From Candidatus Giovannonibacteria bacterium RIFCSPHIGHO2_12_FULL_44_22 (GTDB lineage: Bacteria > Patescibacteriota > Minisyncoccia > UBA11713 > 2-01-FULL-45-33), in NCBI GenBank assembly GCA_001778695.1, contig MFHU01000003.1, positions 1,521 to 65,520 on the forward strand: 64,000 bases of DNA. Reading direction: 5' to 3'. A model generated the notes under the pieces. The model did not search any database. It was not told the DNA's origin and was given only the letters and a program-made list of their open reading frames with translations. This document shows positions 1 through 8,285 of this stretch, piece after piece. Every line of letters starts with the position of its first letter. Within the stretch, counting starts at the first letter, position 1. The position numbers and the translations under genes were made by a program.

Positions 1-278
1 GGGATGTTCGCGGGGCGGAGGACGGGGACAGTTTCATCATTTAAAACTTTTTCAAAATCTTTTCCTTCAAGCGAATGGTTGCCTCCGGTAAAAATATTAA
101 CTCCCGCCTCACGCAATTCATTAATTTGTTTTATACCGATTCCTTTTCCGTGCGCGATGTTTTCAATGTTGGCAATGACAACGTCCGGAGAAAATTTTTC
201 TCGCCACTTCGGCAAAATCGTTTTCACACCAGCTCTCCCAAGTTTTCCAAAAACATCGCCAAAAATTAAGAGTTTCAT
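1..278 (-). CDS. ymdB: YmdB/TIGR00282 family metallophosphoesterase (partial, runs off window start)
   Basis: Not in the ORF track. Hand translation from ATG 278: MKLLIFGDVFGKLGRAGV...IANIENIAHGKG...FTGGNHS...LRPAN, matching YmdB motifs. Lies downstream of rny as in the usual rny-ymdB linkage. Confidence 0.88.
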   Translation of the reverse strand, partial: MKLLIFGDVFGKLGRAGVKTILPKWREKFSPDVVIANIENIAHGKGIGIKQINELREAGVNIFTGGNHSLEGKDFEKVLNDETVPVLRPANI

Positions 279-297
279 ATTGTTTCAATATAGGGTT

Positions 298-576
298 TCA
301 CGATTTCACCTTATAAACTTTATCGTGATGATCGAAATCCAAAAAGCGGATTTCGTTTCCTAAAATTTTATAAACTAAAACGAAAGAACCAATATGAACG
401 CGTCTTAGCTGTTTCATATCATAACGAAGCGGTTTGCCCGTTTCTGGATTATTGAGAATTTTATTTATTTGTTCTTCTATTTGGCGCAGGGCTTGCCTAT
501 CTTTCTTTTCTAGTTTTTTTAAAACCCTTTTTAACTTTTCGGAAAAGAATGGAAAATAGTTAGATTGCTCGATCAT
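298..576 (-). CDS. RelE/ParE-family type II toxin
   Basis: 92 aa, basic; NPETGKPLRYDMKQLRRVHIGSFVLVYKI...FDHHDKVY is typical of RelE/StbE. Confidence 0.85.
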   Translation of the reverse strand: MIEQSNYFPFFSEKLKRVLKKLEKKDRQALRQIEEQINKILNNPETGKPLRYDMKQLRRVHIGSFVLVYKILGNEIRFLDFDHHDKVYKVKS

Positions 577-809
577 TATGATCTTAACTTATCGAAGTAT
601 GTTTTCAGTTCTTCTCTACTGCGAAACTTAATTCCTTTCCCTTGATCCATCTCGGCGTCTATTTGAGCAAGTTTTTTTAAATATTCTGGCCTTACTTCTT
701 CAAAGGCGTGTTCATCAATGGCTTTTTTGATTATATTTAACTCAACCTCAAATCTTTTTTGAGTCTCCACAACCTTTTTAAGCTCTTTTTGAATAATCGC
801 CGTAGTCAT
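576..809 (-). CDS. Putative antitoxin for the RelE-like toxin
   Basis: 77 aa, directly upstream with a 1-nt stop/start overlap; EVRPEYLKKL motif. Confidence 0.7.
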   Translation of the reverse strand: MTTAIIQKELKKVVETQKRFEVELNIIKKAIDEHAFEEVRPEYLKKLAQIDAEMDQGKGIKFRSREELKTYFDKLRS

Positions 810-830
810 ATTGATTTTATAATATCACAA

Positions 831-2357
831 TTACCGGGCATACTCTATAGCTCTTAGCTCTCTAATTACATTTACTTTTATTTCTCCGGGATATTTTAAT
901 TCGGATTCAATGCGGTCGGCGATATCTCGCGCCATTTTTTTGGCTTCCAGATCGGTAATTTTGTCCGGCGTTATAAAAATTCTTATTTCGCGGCCGGCCT
1001 GAATAGCGTAAGTTTTTTCAACACCCGGGAAAGTATTGGCGATTCTTTCCAAATCTTCCAGCCGTTTTAAATAATTTTCAACGCTGTCTCTCCTGGCGCC
1101 CGGGCGGGATGCAGAAATCGCGTCCGCCGTCTGCACAATGATTGATTCCAAAGTTTCGTAAGGATATTCTTCGTGGTGCGATTGCATGGCTTGAATGACG
1201 CGCTGGTCCACGTTGAATTTTTGCAAAATTCTCCGGCCGATCTCAACATGCGTTCCTTGAATTTCATGGTCCACGGCTTTTCCGATATCGTGAAGAAGCG
1301 CGCCCTTTTTTGCGATGCCAACATCGGCTTTCAATTCCGAAGCCAGCATTCCGGAAATATGCGCCATTTCAACCGAATGTTGCAGAACATTTTGGCCGTA
1401 GGAAGTTCTAAATTTTAATCTGCCGACAAGCATCAGAAGCCTCGGGTCAACATCCAAAATCCTGACTTCGTAAGCCGCTTTTTCTCCCGCGTCTTTGATT
1501 ATTTTTTCAATTTCAACTTTCGCTTTTTCAACCATTTCTTCAATCCGCGCTGGCTGGATTCTGCCGTCTAAAATCAAGTTTTCCAAAGCGACTCTGGCAA
1601 TTTGGCGCCTGACTGGATCAAAACTTGAAATAATAATTACTCCGGGAGTGTCGTCAACGATCAGCTCAACTCCCGCAGCGCGCTCAAAGGCGCGAATGTT
1701 TCTACCTTCTTTTCCGATTATTTTTCCTTTAATATCGTCCGAAGGGATAGTGAGAGACGTCACCGTAACCTCGGAAGCGGTGGAAGAGGCCACGCGCTGG
1801 ATTACGGAAGCAAGAATATCTCGCGCTTTTCTTTCTAAAGTTTCCAAACCGAACTGTTCGATTTTTTGGATGCGGGCTAAAATATCGTTGGAGTGTTTTT
1901 TTTCAACTTCTTCTATAATTTTCGTTTTGGCTTCTTCTTCAGTGAGCCCGGCAACTTTTGCCAGCTCCTCGCGTTTCTGGATTTCAATCGCTTCCAACTG
2001 TTCCTTCATAGATTTCACTTTTTCAAATTTTTCCTGAAGGTTTTGCGTTTCTTTATCCAGCTCCGCGGACTTTTTTTCCAAAATCTCGTCTTTGTGGGCG
2101 AGCCGCTCCTCAATTTTTCTTAGCTCCTTTTCCTGTTCTTTTTGCTCACGCTTGGCCTCTTCCGAGATTTTTTCGGCGCGCGACTTGGCTTCGTCCAATG
2201 TCTTTTGAGCGGATTCTTTCGCATCCAGTAATATTTGTTTGGCTTTAAGCTCCAGCGTGTCCTTCCGCTGCTGAGCGATGATTTGGCGCAGAAAGTAACC
2301 GGCCGCCGCGCCCGCCACTAGCGCAATAGCCGCTTTTACAAGCGTAAGTATATCCAT
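831..2357 (-). CDS. rny: Ribonuclease Y
   Basis: N-terminal TM helix, coiled coil, KH domain (KGKIIGKEGRNIR) and HD domain (LLHDIGKA). Confidence 0.97.
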   Translation of the reverse strand: MDILTLVKAAIALVAGAAAGYFLRQIIAQQRKDTLELKAKQILLDAKESAQKTLDEAKSRAEKISEEAKREQKEQEKELRKIEERLAHKDEILEKKSAELDKETQNLQEKFEKVKSMKEQLEAIEIQKREELAKVAGLTEEEAKTKIIEEVEKKHSNDILARIQKIEQFGLETLERKARDILASVIQRVASSTASEVTVTSLTIPSDDIKGKIIGKEGRNIRAFERAAGVELIVDDTPGVIIISSFDPVRRQIARVALENLILDGRIQPARIEEMVEKAKVEIEKIIKDAGEKAAYEVRILDVDPRLLMLVGRLKFRTSYGQNVLQHSVEMAHISGMLASELKADVGIAKKGALLHDIGKAVDHEIQGTHVEIGRRILQKFNVDQRVIQAMQSHHEEYPYETLESIIVQTADAISASRPGARRDSVENYLKRLEDLERIANTFPGVEKTYAIQAGREIRIFITPDKITDLEAKKMARDIADRIESELKYPGEIKVNVIRELRAIEYAR

Positions 2358-2476
2358 ATATTTGTTTTTGTTCGGTCTTAAAAATCATTGTTAATAAAAT
2401 TATAATCCAATCTTAGCATCCTCTGTTTCAAAAAGCAAGTATTGACTCAGCGGATGTGCTTGCTAGAATGGAGACA

Positions 2477-2725
2477 ATGAGCAATATTCATTACAACTTG
2501 TTTTTACTGCCAGAACCAGAGGGCGGATTTACCGTTGTTGTTCCTGCTTTACCCGGTTGTGTTACTTATGGTAAAAACCTTGCCGAAGCCAAGAAAATGG
2601 CGGCTGACGCGATAAAGGGTTATGTCGCCAGTCTTCGCAAGCACCGAGAATCTATTCCATTGGACGACAGTTTTATAACTTCCATTAATTTAAACTCGCC
2701 TTCTAAAGTTCCAGCGCATGCCTAG
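2477..2725 (+). CDS. hicB: HicB-family antitoxin
   Basis: PEPEGGFTVVVPALPGCVTYGKNLAEAKKMAADAI motif; start set at ATG 2477. Confidence 0.9.
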   Translation: MSNIHYNLFLLPEPEGGFTVVVPALPGCVTYGKNLAEAKKMAADAIKGYVASLRKHRESIPLDDSFITSINLNSPSKVPAHA

Positions 2726-2942
2726 GTTGCCGTCTTTATCGCCCAAAAAGATTATAAAAATTTTAAAACAGCATGGCTTCCAGTTGGATCATACTACGGG
2801 AAGCCATTTTATTTTCTACAACCCAGAAACCAAAAAGAGGACGACTGTTGCCTATCATGCCAAAGAACTTCCTCGCGGCACTTTGATTTCTATACTCAAA
2901 CAAACCGGAATTTCAACAGAAAATTTAGAAAAAGCTAAATAA
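2718..2942 (+). CDS. hicA: HicA-family toxin
   Basis: LKQHGF...GSHFIF...TVAYHAKELPRGTLISILKQTG. Confidence 0.9.
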   Translation: MPRLPSLSPKKIIKILKQHGFQLDHTTGSHFIFYNPETKKRTTVAYHAKELPRGTLISILKQTGISTENLEKAK

Positions 2943-3005
2943 AAAAAGCCCCGCGCGGTTTTACCAGGTAGGGCTATTGGGGTGACCCTTTGCGCATAAC
3001 AGCTA

Positions 3006-3194
3006 TCAATACTTGGACGTGGGGTGAAGCCTTCTGATGTAGAAATGATGATAATCAATATTTTTATCAGCTCGCTCCCAATAGCCTGCGCCAGGCACAT
3101 ATCCCATTTCTTGAGAAAGATGGGTTGTTGCCTCTTCTTCAGAATTAAAAGGTCCAATACACACTATCCTATCATCGGATACTAAAATATGCAT
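3006..3194 (-). CDS. Hypothetical small protein
   Basis: ATG 3194 preceded by AAGGAG; GC hairpin plus T-run downstream. Confidence 0.5.
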   Translation of the reverse strand: MHILVSDDRIVCIGPFNSEEEATTHLSQEMGYVPGAGYWERADKNIDYHHFYIRRLHPTSKY

Positions 3195-3276
3195 AGGTTT
3201 CTCCTTCTCCCCATATGATAGCAATATCTACGATACGTGTCAAGTGGGGTGTAGTGTGGTATAATTGAGTTAAAAT

Positions 3277-4872
3277 ATGGTCAAAAAATACAAGCCAGTT
3301 ATTTTGGTGGTGCTGGATGGGTTTGGGGTGAATGTTGGAAATCCGGAATCAACTTGGAAGCATGCCAAGATGCCAACTTTTCGCGAATTGGAAAAATTTT
3401 TTCCATTCACGACTCTTCAAGCCTCCGGGATCGCGGTGGGTTTGCCATGGGGCGAAGAAGGAAATTCCGAAGTGGGGCATTTAACCCTAGGCGCGGGCAA
3501 ACCCCTGTATCATCATCTGCCGAGAATCATCACCTCCATTCACAACGGGTCTTTTTTTCAAAACCGGGCTTTTTTGGACGCGGCGGATTTTGTAAAAAAA
3601 GGGAATGGAAAAATGCACTTGATGGGGCTTTTTTCTTCGGGTTCTGTGCACGCTTATATTGACCACCTTTACGCGCTTTTAGATTTTTGCAATGGCCAAA
3701 AAGTAAATCAAGTATATCTGCATCTTTTCACTGACGGTAAAGACGCTCCGACAAAAGAAGCAGGTTTATTTTTAAAGCAATTAGATGAACGGCTCGCGGC
3801 CAAATATCCATTTGCCAAAATTGCGACTGTAGCCGGCAGATATTTTGCTTTGGATAGAGATGAAAATTGGGACAGAATTGAAAAATTTTACAAATGCCTA
3901 ACTTTGGGCGAAGGCGAAATTTTTAAAAACGCCCCCGATTACGTTGAGGCGTCTTATGGAAAAAATATCACAGACGAATTGATTCCGCCGGCGTCTTTGG
4001 GCTCCAAAGAAGGCCGGATTGAAGCAGGGGACGCGGTGATTTTTTATAATTATAGAGAAGACTCGGAGCGGGAGCTGACCTCCGCTTTTGTTTTAAATAA
4101 TTTTTCCGGATTTTCAAGGGAAAAAATAAATAATTTGTTTTTTGTGACTATGACGGAGTACGACAAGCGTTTTCCGGCGGAGGTGGCTTTTCCGCCGATG
4201 GACATAAGCTGGCCACTTGCGCGGATAATTTCCGAGGCCGGGCTGAAACAGCTCCACATTGCCGAGACCGAAAAATACGCGCATGTCACTTATTTTTTTA
4301 ACGGCGGGCGGGAAATTCCCTATCCGGGCGAGGAGCGTATTTTGATACCTTCTCCGAAAACGGCGCGCTTTGACCAAACACCGGAGATGTCGGCCGCCAA
4401 AATTACGGACACGGTTCTGGAAAACTGGGACAAGTATGATTTTATTCTGGTGAATTTTTCCAACGGCGACATGGTAGGGCACACCGGAAATTTTGACGCT
4501 ACCGTGAAAGCCGTTGAGGCGCTAGATTTTTCCATCGGGAAAATTATTTTAAAAATTTTAGAAGCTGGCCCGCCTAGACTCGGCGAGGCTGGCGGAGCGA
4601 CGATTATAACGGCCGACCACGGCAATGCGGAAGATAAAGTTTATTCGGCTTCGGGCGAGAAGCGCACCAAGCATACCGCCAATCCAGTGCCGTTTTTTGT
4701 GGCTAGCGCGGATTTAAAAAGCCAAAAACCTCGGCCGGACAACGAAATTTTCTCGCGCTATATGGAGGTGAAGGGCGTGCTCGCCGACATCGCGCCCACG
4801 GTTTTATCTTTGATGGCGCTCCAGCAACCCGCCGATATGTCCGGCGTGAATTTACTTCCGAAGATTTTATAA
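3277..4872 (+). CDS. gpmI: 2,3-bisphosphoglycerate-independent phosphoglycerate mutase
   Basis: LDGFG, GNSEVGH, AETEKYAHVTYFFNGG, DMVGHTG and ITADHGNAE motifs. Confidence 0.97.
   Translation: MVKKYKPVILVVLDGFGVNVGNPESTWKHAKMPTFRELEKFFPFTTLQASGIAVGLPWGEEGNSEVGHLTLGAGKPLYHHLPRIITSIHNGSFFQNRAFLDAADFVKKGNGKMHLMGLFSSGSVHAYIDHLYALLDFCNGQKVNQVYLHLFTDGKDAPTKEAGLFLKQLDERLAAKYPFAKIATVAGRYFALDRDENWDRIEKFYKCLTLGEGEIFKNAPDYVEASYGKNITDELIPPASLGSKEGRIEAGDAVIFYNYREDSERELTSAFVLNNFSGFSREKINNLFFVTMTEYDKRFPAEVAFPPMDISWPLARIISEAGLKQLHIAETEKYAHVTYFFNGGREIPYPGEERILIPSPKTARFDQTPEMSAAKITDTVLENWDKYDFILVNFSNGDMVGHTGNFDATVKAVEALDFSIGKIILKILEAGPPRLGEAGGATIITADHGNAEDKVYSASGEKRTKHTANPVPFFVASADLKSQKPRPDNEIFSRYMEVKGVLADIAPTVLSLMALQQPADMSGVNLLPKIL
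4570..4595. repeat. Palindromic insert, family A (CCGCCTAGACTCGGCGAGGCTGGCGG), in frame in gpmI
   Basis: Adds PPRLGEAG; near-identical copies at 6733-6782. Confidence 0.8.
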
Positions 4873-4881
4873 AAATTAATT

Positions 4882-5124
4882 TTACGAAATTTTGGAGTCG
4901 ACGTACGAGGGGAGCCAGTCCATCAGTTTTTTGCGATGTTTATCTATTGACCATTCGTCGCCGCGTTTAAAAAGCGTCGGGTGCAGAACCTGAAATTCTT
5001 TCAATATTTTTGCCGATACCTTGGGAAAATCCAAAGGAACGCTCTTGTTGTAAGATTCCATAAAATTCGCGAGGGTTGTCGTGTTTTGATTAAGCTCCAG
5101 TTCGCGGTCTTTTTTGCTTCTCAT
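4882..5124 (-). CDS. Hypothetical protein
   Basis: 80-aa ORF from ATG 5124, downstream of the tRNA pair. Confidence 0.65.
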   Translation of the reverse strand: MRSKKDRELELNQNTTTLANFMESYNKSVPLDFPKVSAKILKEFQVLHPTLFKRGDEWSIDKHRKKLMDWLPSYVDSKIS

Positions 5125-5166
5125 ATTTTTAATCCTAGCGCGAATCAATATAAAAAGCAAGTTTTA

Positions 5167-5238
5167 TGGGCGTTGTAGGGATTGAACCTACGACCTTCTC
5201 GGTGTAAACGAGACGCTCTGCCACTGAGCTAAACGCCC
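5167..5238 (-). tRNA. tRNA-Val(TAC)
   Basis: Cloverleaf GGGCGTT...AACGCCC-A; anticodon arm TCTCG-TTTACAC-CGAGA. Confidence 0.95.
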
Positions 5239-5252
5239 GTATATTTTATTTT

Positions 5253-5324
5253 TGCCGCGGGGCAGAATCGAACTGCCGACGCCATCCTCTTCAGGGATGC
5301 GCTCTGCCACTGAGCTACCGCGGC
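5253..5324 (-). tRNA. tRNA-Phe(GAA)
   Basis: GCCGCGG...CCGCGGC-A; anticodon arm CATCC-CTGAAGA-GGATG. Confidence 0.95.
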
Positions 5325-5411
5325 AAGCAGTACCACTCCAGCGTAAAAATATATTAGCAGAATTGACCAATCTTGGCAAAAAGGATAAGATATTTTCAGA
5401 GGAGACAAAAT

Positions 5412-6569
5412 ATGTTTAAAGAAAAAACTGGGTTGTCTGCAATATCGCTTTTTTTGTGTGAAATTAAACAAATTCCTTTGTTGGGCAAAGAGGGAGAGAT
5501 CGCGGCATTCGTAGAGTTGGAAAAAGCAAAAAACGTTTTGTTTAAAAAAGCTCTTTTTCTAAAGCCCGTTCGCGAACAGATGCTCTTTGATTTAAAAAAT
5601 TTTGTTTTGGGTAAGAGCCATAATTCTCGTCCAAAAACGGATGAGGATAAAGATAATATTCGCACCGATCTTAATGCGGCTAAATCGCTCTTTAAGAAAA
5701 TTAGCGGAACTCGCAAATCTTTATGGTGGAATATTATTCAGAATTCCGGAGTTTATTTTTCTCTCTGTAAACTTGAGCGGTGGATTAGCGGTTTGAAAGA
5801 TCAAAATCTTTTTTCGGACGAGCTTGCTATGGTAACCGAAATCAGAAACCGTATAATGAAAGCTAATTTAAGGTTAGTGGTTGATATTGCCAAATCTTAT
5901 CCAGCAAATTCATCTATAGATTTTTTGGATAAAATTAACGAGGGGAACATCGGGCTCATGAAAGCCGTCAGCATGTTCAATCTCTCTCTTGGCTATAAGT
6001 TTAGCACTTACGCTGTGTGGTGGATAAAGCAGTCAATTATTCGAGCTCTAGTTGAAAAAGGCCATGTAATCAGGATTCCAGTGAATAAGGCGCAAGAGAA
6101 AAGTAAAATTTCCCGAGTTTTTCTTGCTTTGGCTCAAAGTTACGGTCGCGAGCCCACCATGGTGGAACTGGCCAAAAAACTTAAGCGGTCTCAAAAACAG
6201 ATTGCGGAAGTTCTGGCAATAGTAAAAGATCCATTTAGCTTAAATGATCCTATTGAGGATGGCGAAGGCGCGGCCGAATTCATTAATATTATAAAAGACA
6301 AAATAACACCTCCACTAGAAGACTCTACGGAAGAAAAAGAGAGAATGGAACTTGTAAACTTGGCGCTGCGCGAGCTTCCGCCACGAGAAGAAATTATTTT
6401 ACGGATGCGTTTCGGAGTCGGATGCAATTATGATCATACCTTGGAAGAAGTGGGAAAAAGTTTTCATATGTCACGTGAACGGGTCAGGCAAATAGAAAAA
6501 ACAGCAAAGAGAAAACTGAGATACCGATTACTTCGCAGAGGAATCCGTCCCAAAGCATTATTTATGTGA
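5412..6569 (+). CDS. Sigma70-family RNA polymerase sigma factor (RpoD/RpoS-like paralog)
   Basis: Region 2 NLRLVVDIAK...EGNIGLMKAV...GYKFSTYAVWWIKQSIIRA; region 4 TLEEVGKSFHMSRERVRQIE; AGGAG before ATG 5412. Confidence 0.92.
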   Translation: MFKEKTGLSAISLFLCEIKQIPLLGKEGEIAAFVELEKAKNVLFKKALFLKPVREQMLFDLKNFVLGKSHNSRPKTDEDKDNIRTDLNAAKSLFKKISGTRKSLWWNIIQNSGVYFSLCKLERWISGLKDQNLFSDELAMVTEIRNRIMKANLRLVVDIAKSYPANSSIDFLDKINEGNIGLMKAVSMFNLSLGYKFSTYAVWWIKQSIIRALVEKGHVIRIPVNKAQEKSKISRVFLALAQSYGREPTMVELAKKLKRSQKQIAEVLAIVKDPFSLNDPIEDGEGAAEFINIIKDKITPPLEDSTEEKERMELVNLALRELPPREEIILRMRFGVGCNYDHTLEEVGKSFHMSRERVRQIEKTAKRKLRYRLLRRGIRPKALFM

Positions 6570-6585
6570 TCTCCGAAAAAATATG

Positions 6586-6610
6586 AACGCCGGTCCCCCG
6601 GCGTTTTTCT
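6586..6610 (+). terminator. Intrinsic terminator
   Basis: AACGCCGG-TCCC-CCGGCGTT followed by a T-rich tail. Confidence 0.7.
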
Positions 6611-6642
6611 ATTTGTGAGTATTTTGTTAGCATACATTTATC

Positions 6643-6714
6643 GCGCCCATAGCTCAGTGGTAGAGCGTTTGCATGACACGCAAAAGGCCTGAGGTTCGAT
6701 CCCTCATGGGCGCA
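6643..6714 (+). tRNA. tRNA-Val(GAC)
   Basis: GCGCCCA...TGGGCGC-A; anticodon arm TTTGC-ATGACAC-GCAAA. Confidence 0.93.
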
Positions 6715-6732
6715 AAAATTATTTTTTAGAAC

Positions 6733-6782
6733 CCGCCTAGACTCCCGTCTAGACTCGACGAGGCTGACGGCGAGGCCGGCCG
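6733..6782. repeat. Nested family-A palindromes (one copy inside another) at the clpP 3' end
   Basis: CCGCCTAGACTC[CCGTCTAGACTCGACGAGGCTGAC]GGCGAGGCCGGCCG. Confidence 0.8.
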
Positions 6783-7408
6783 TTTTTGGAATTTTTTCCG
6801 AGAGCGTTTTTGGATTTTACGATTTCGTCAATAACGCCGTATTTTTTGGCTTCGTCTGGATCCATATAAAAATTTCTGTCGGCGTCTCGGTCTATCTGGG
6901 AAAAGGGCTGCTTGGTATGGTGCGCTAAAATTTTATTTATTTTTTCCTTAACATGCACGATGTGCTTGGCGTCAATCGCGATATCCGAAGCCTGCCCTTC
7001 GGAGGCGCCTAAAACCTGATGAATCATAATCTCTGAATTAGGCAGAGCGTATCTTTTCCCCGCGGTGCCTCCGGCCAAAAGTATAGCAGCGCCCGAAGCC
7101 GCGAAGCCGACGCAAAGAGTCGCCACATCCGGCTTGATGTGCTGCATTGTGTCATAAACCGCGAGTGTCGCCGAAACAGAGCCTCCAGGAGAATTAATAT
7201 ATAAATAAATATCCTTTTTAGGGTCCTGCAATTCCAAAAACAAAAGCTGGGCAATAATGGTATTAGCCACGGGGTCTATAATGGGGCCGCCCAAAAAAAC
7301 AATGCGGTCCTTGAGCAATCTGGAATAAATGTCGTAGGCGCGTTCGCCGAACTGTTCTTTTTCAATGACCGTTGGGATTAAATAGGTGTTATACATTTCG
7401 TCTTCCAT
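6749..7408 (-). CDS. clpP: ATP-dependent Clp protease proteolytic subunit
   Basis: [32 protein letters not shown] and MIHQ motifs; likely start ATG 7408. Confidence 0.96.
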   Translation of the reverse strand: MEDEMYNTYLIPTVIEKEQFGERAYDIYSRLLKDRIVFLGGPIIDPVANTIIAQLLFLELQDPKKDIYLYINSPGGSVSATLAVYDTMQHIKPDVATLCVGFAASGAAILLAGGTAGKRYALPNSEIMIHQVLGASEGQASDIAIDAKHIVHVKEKINKILAHHTKQPFSQIDRDADRNFYMDPDEAKKYGVIDEIVKSKNALGKNSKNGRPRRQPRRV

Positions 7409-7503
7409 AAAATTTATACTAACAAAAAGCATTTGTGGTTTCAAGGCGTAATATTTTTTAAATAAAAAAGGGGCGCTGATTTCAGCAACCCCGCGAATCC
7501 GTT

Positions 7504-7788
7504 TCAATCTTCATTATCGCCGATCTCAACAAAGAAGCTTCCATCATGAGTTCGGCTAAGAAAAATCGCCTGTCCACTTTCTGTTTTAAGAATCAAGGTT
7601 CCCGGATTACGCCGAGAGAAGAAACTTTCGACCAACAAGGGCGTATTTTCTCCGTCTGTTTTTCGGCCCTCCGCTAAATGGTTTCTGACCTGGCCCTCAA
7701 CAACTCGTCCAATCATTTTTCTCATTATCTTTCTCCTCCTTCCTTCGCAAAATTTTATAAAAATCTCTAATGAACTCAGCTCGTCCAC
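7504..7788 (-). CDS. Hypothetical protein
   Basis: ORF with a strong SD (AAGGAAGGAGG) before an internal ATG near 7726; start uncertain. Confidence 0.5.
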   Translation of the reverse strand: MDELSSLEIFIKFCEGRRRKIMRKMIGRVVEGQVRNHLAEGRKTDGENTPLLVESFFSRRNPGTLILKTESGQAIFLSRTHDGSFFVEIGDNED

Positions 7789-7860
7789 ATCCGCGATACA
7801 TTAAAATTTATACTAGCATGGTTGTTTTAAAAAATAAAGAGCCGCCAGGTGGCTGGCAGC

Positions 7861-8184
7861 TTAAGCGGATCGTTGAACGTTTAAATTCAAATGATCTAGG
7901 AATTTAGGTTTAAAGAGCCGGCACCTACCTTCTTCTTTGTAACACAAAACGCAATGCTCATATGCCCGCTCTTCATCCGCGACAGCAATGCCGTCTTTGT
8001 GCCACGAGCGGACAACGCCGTTTTTATCAGGTTTTCTTATGTAAGGTTTTTTCTTGCAAAGAGGATAATATCTCTCTTTTCCCATAAAACACCTTGTCAC
8101 CATGTGAAAAAATCTGCATAGCTCGTGACTAATAGCGTTTCGCCCCTTCTTTTTTGAAAGATCCAATTGTACTACCTCTCCCAT
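7861..8184 (-). CDS. Hypothetical Cys-rich protein
   Basis: 107 aa with six Cys including HCVLC; AAGGA upstream. Confidence 0.6.
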   Translation of the reverse strand: MGEVVQLDLSKKKGRNAISHELCRFFHMVTRCFMGKERYYPLCKKKPYIRKPDKNGVVRSWHKDGIAVADEERAYEHCVLCYKEEGRCRLFKPKFLDHLNLNVQRSA

Positions 8185-8285
8185 TTTCTTTTTCCTTTCC
8201 GTCCATTCTCCGCCATTGTTTTTGTTTGTTTTATGCTTCCTCCTTTTTCACCCTATCATTTTTGTTTTTAAAAATCAAGTCCGCT

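Noticed and set aside
4-363. Plus-strand ORFs at the window start
   Set aside because: They are shadows of the minus-strand ymdB and relE genes.
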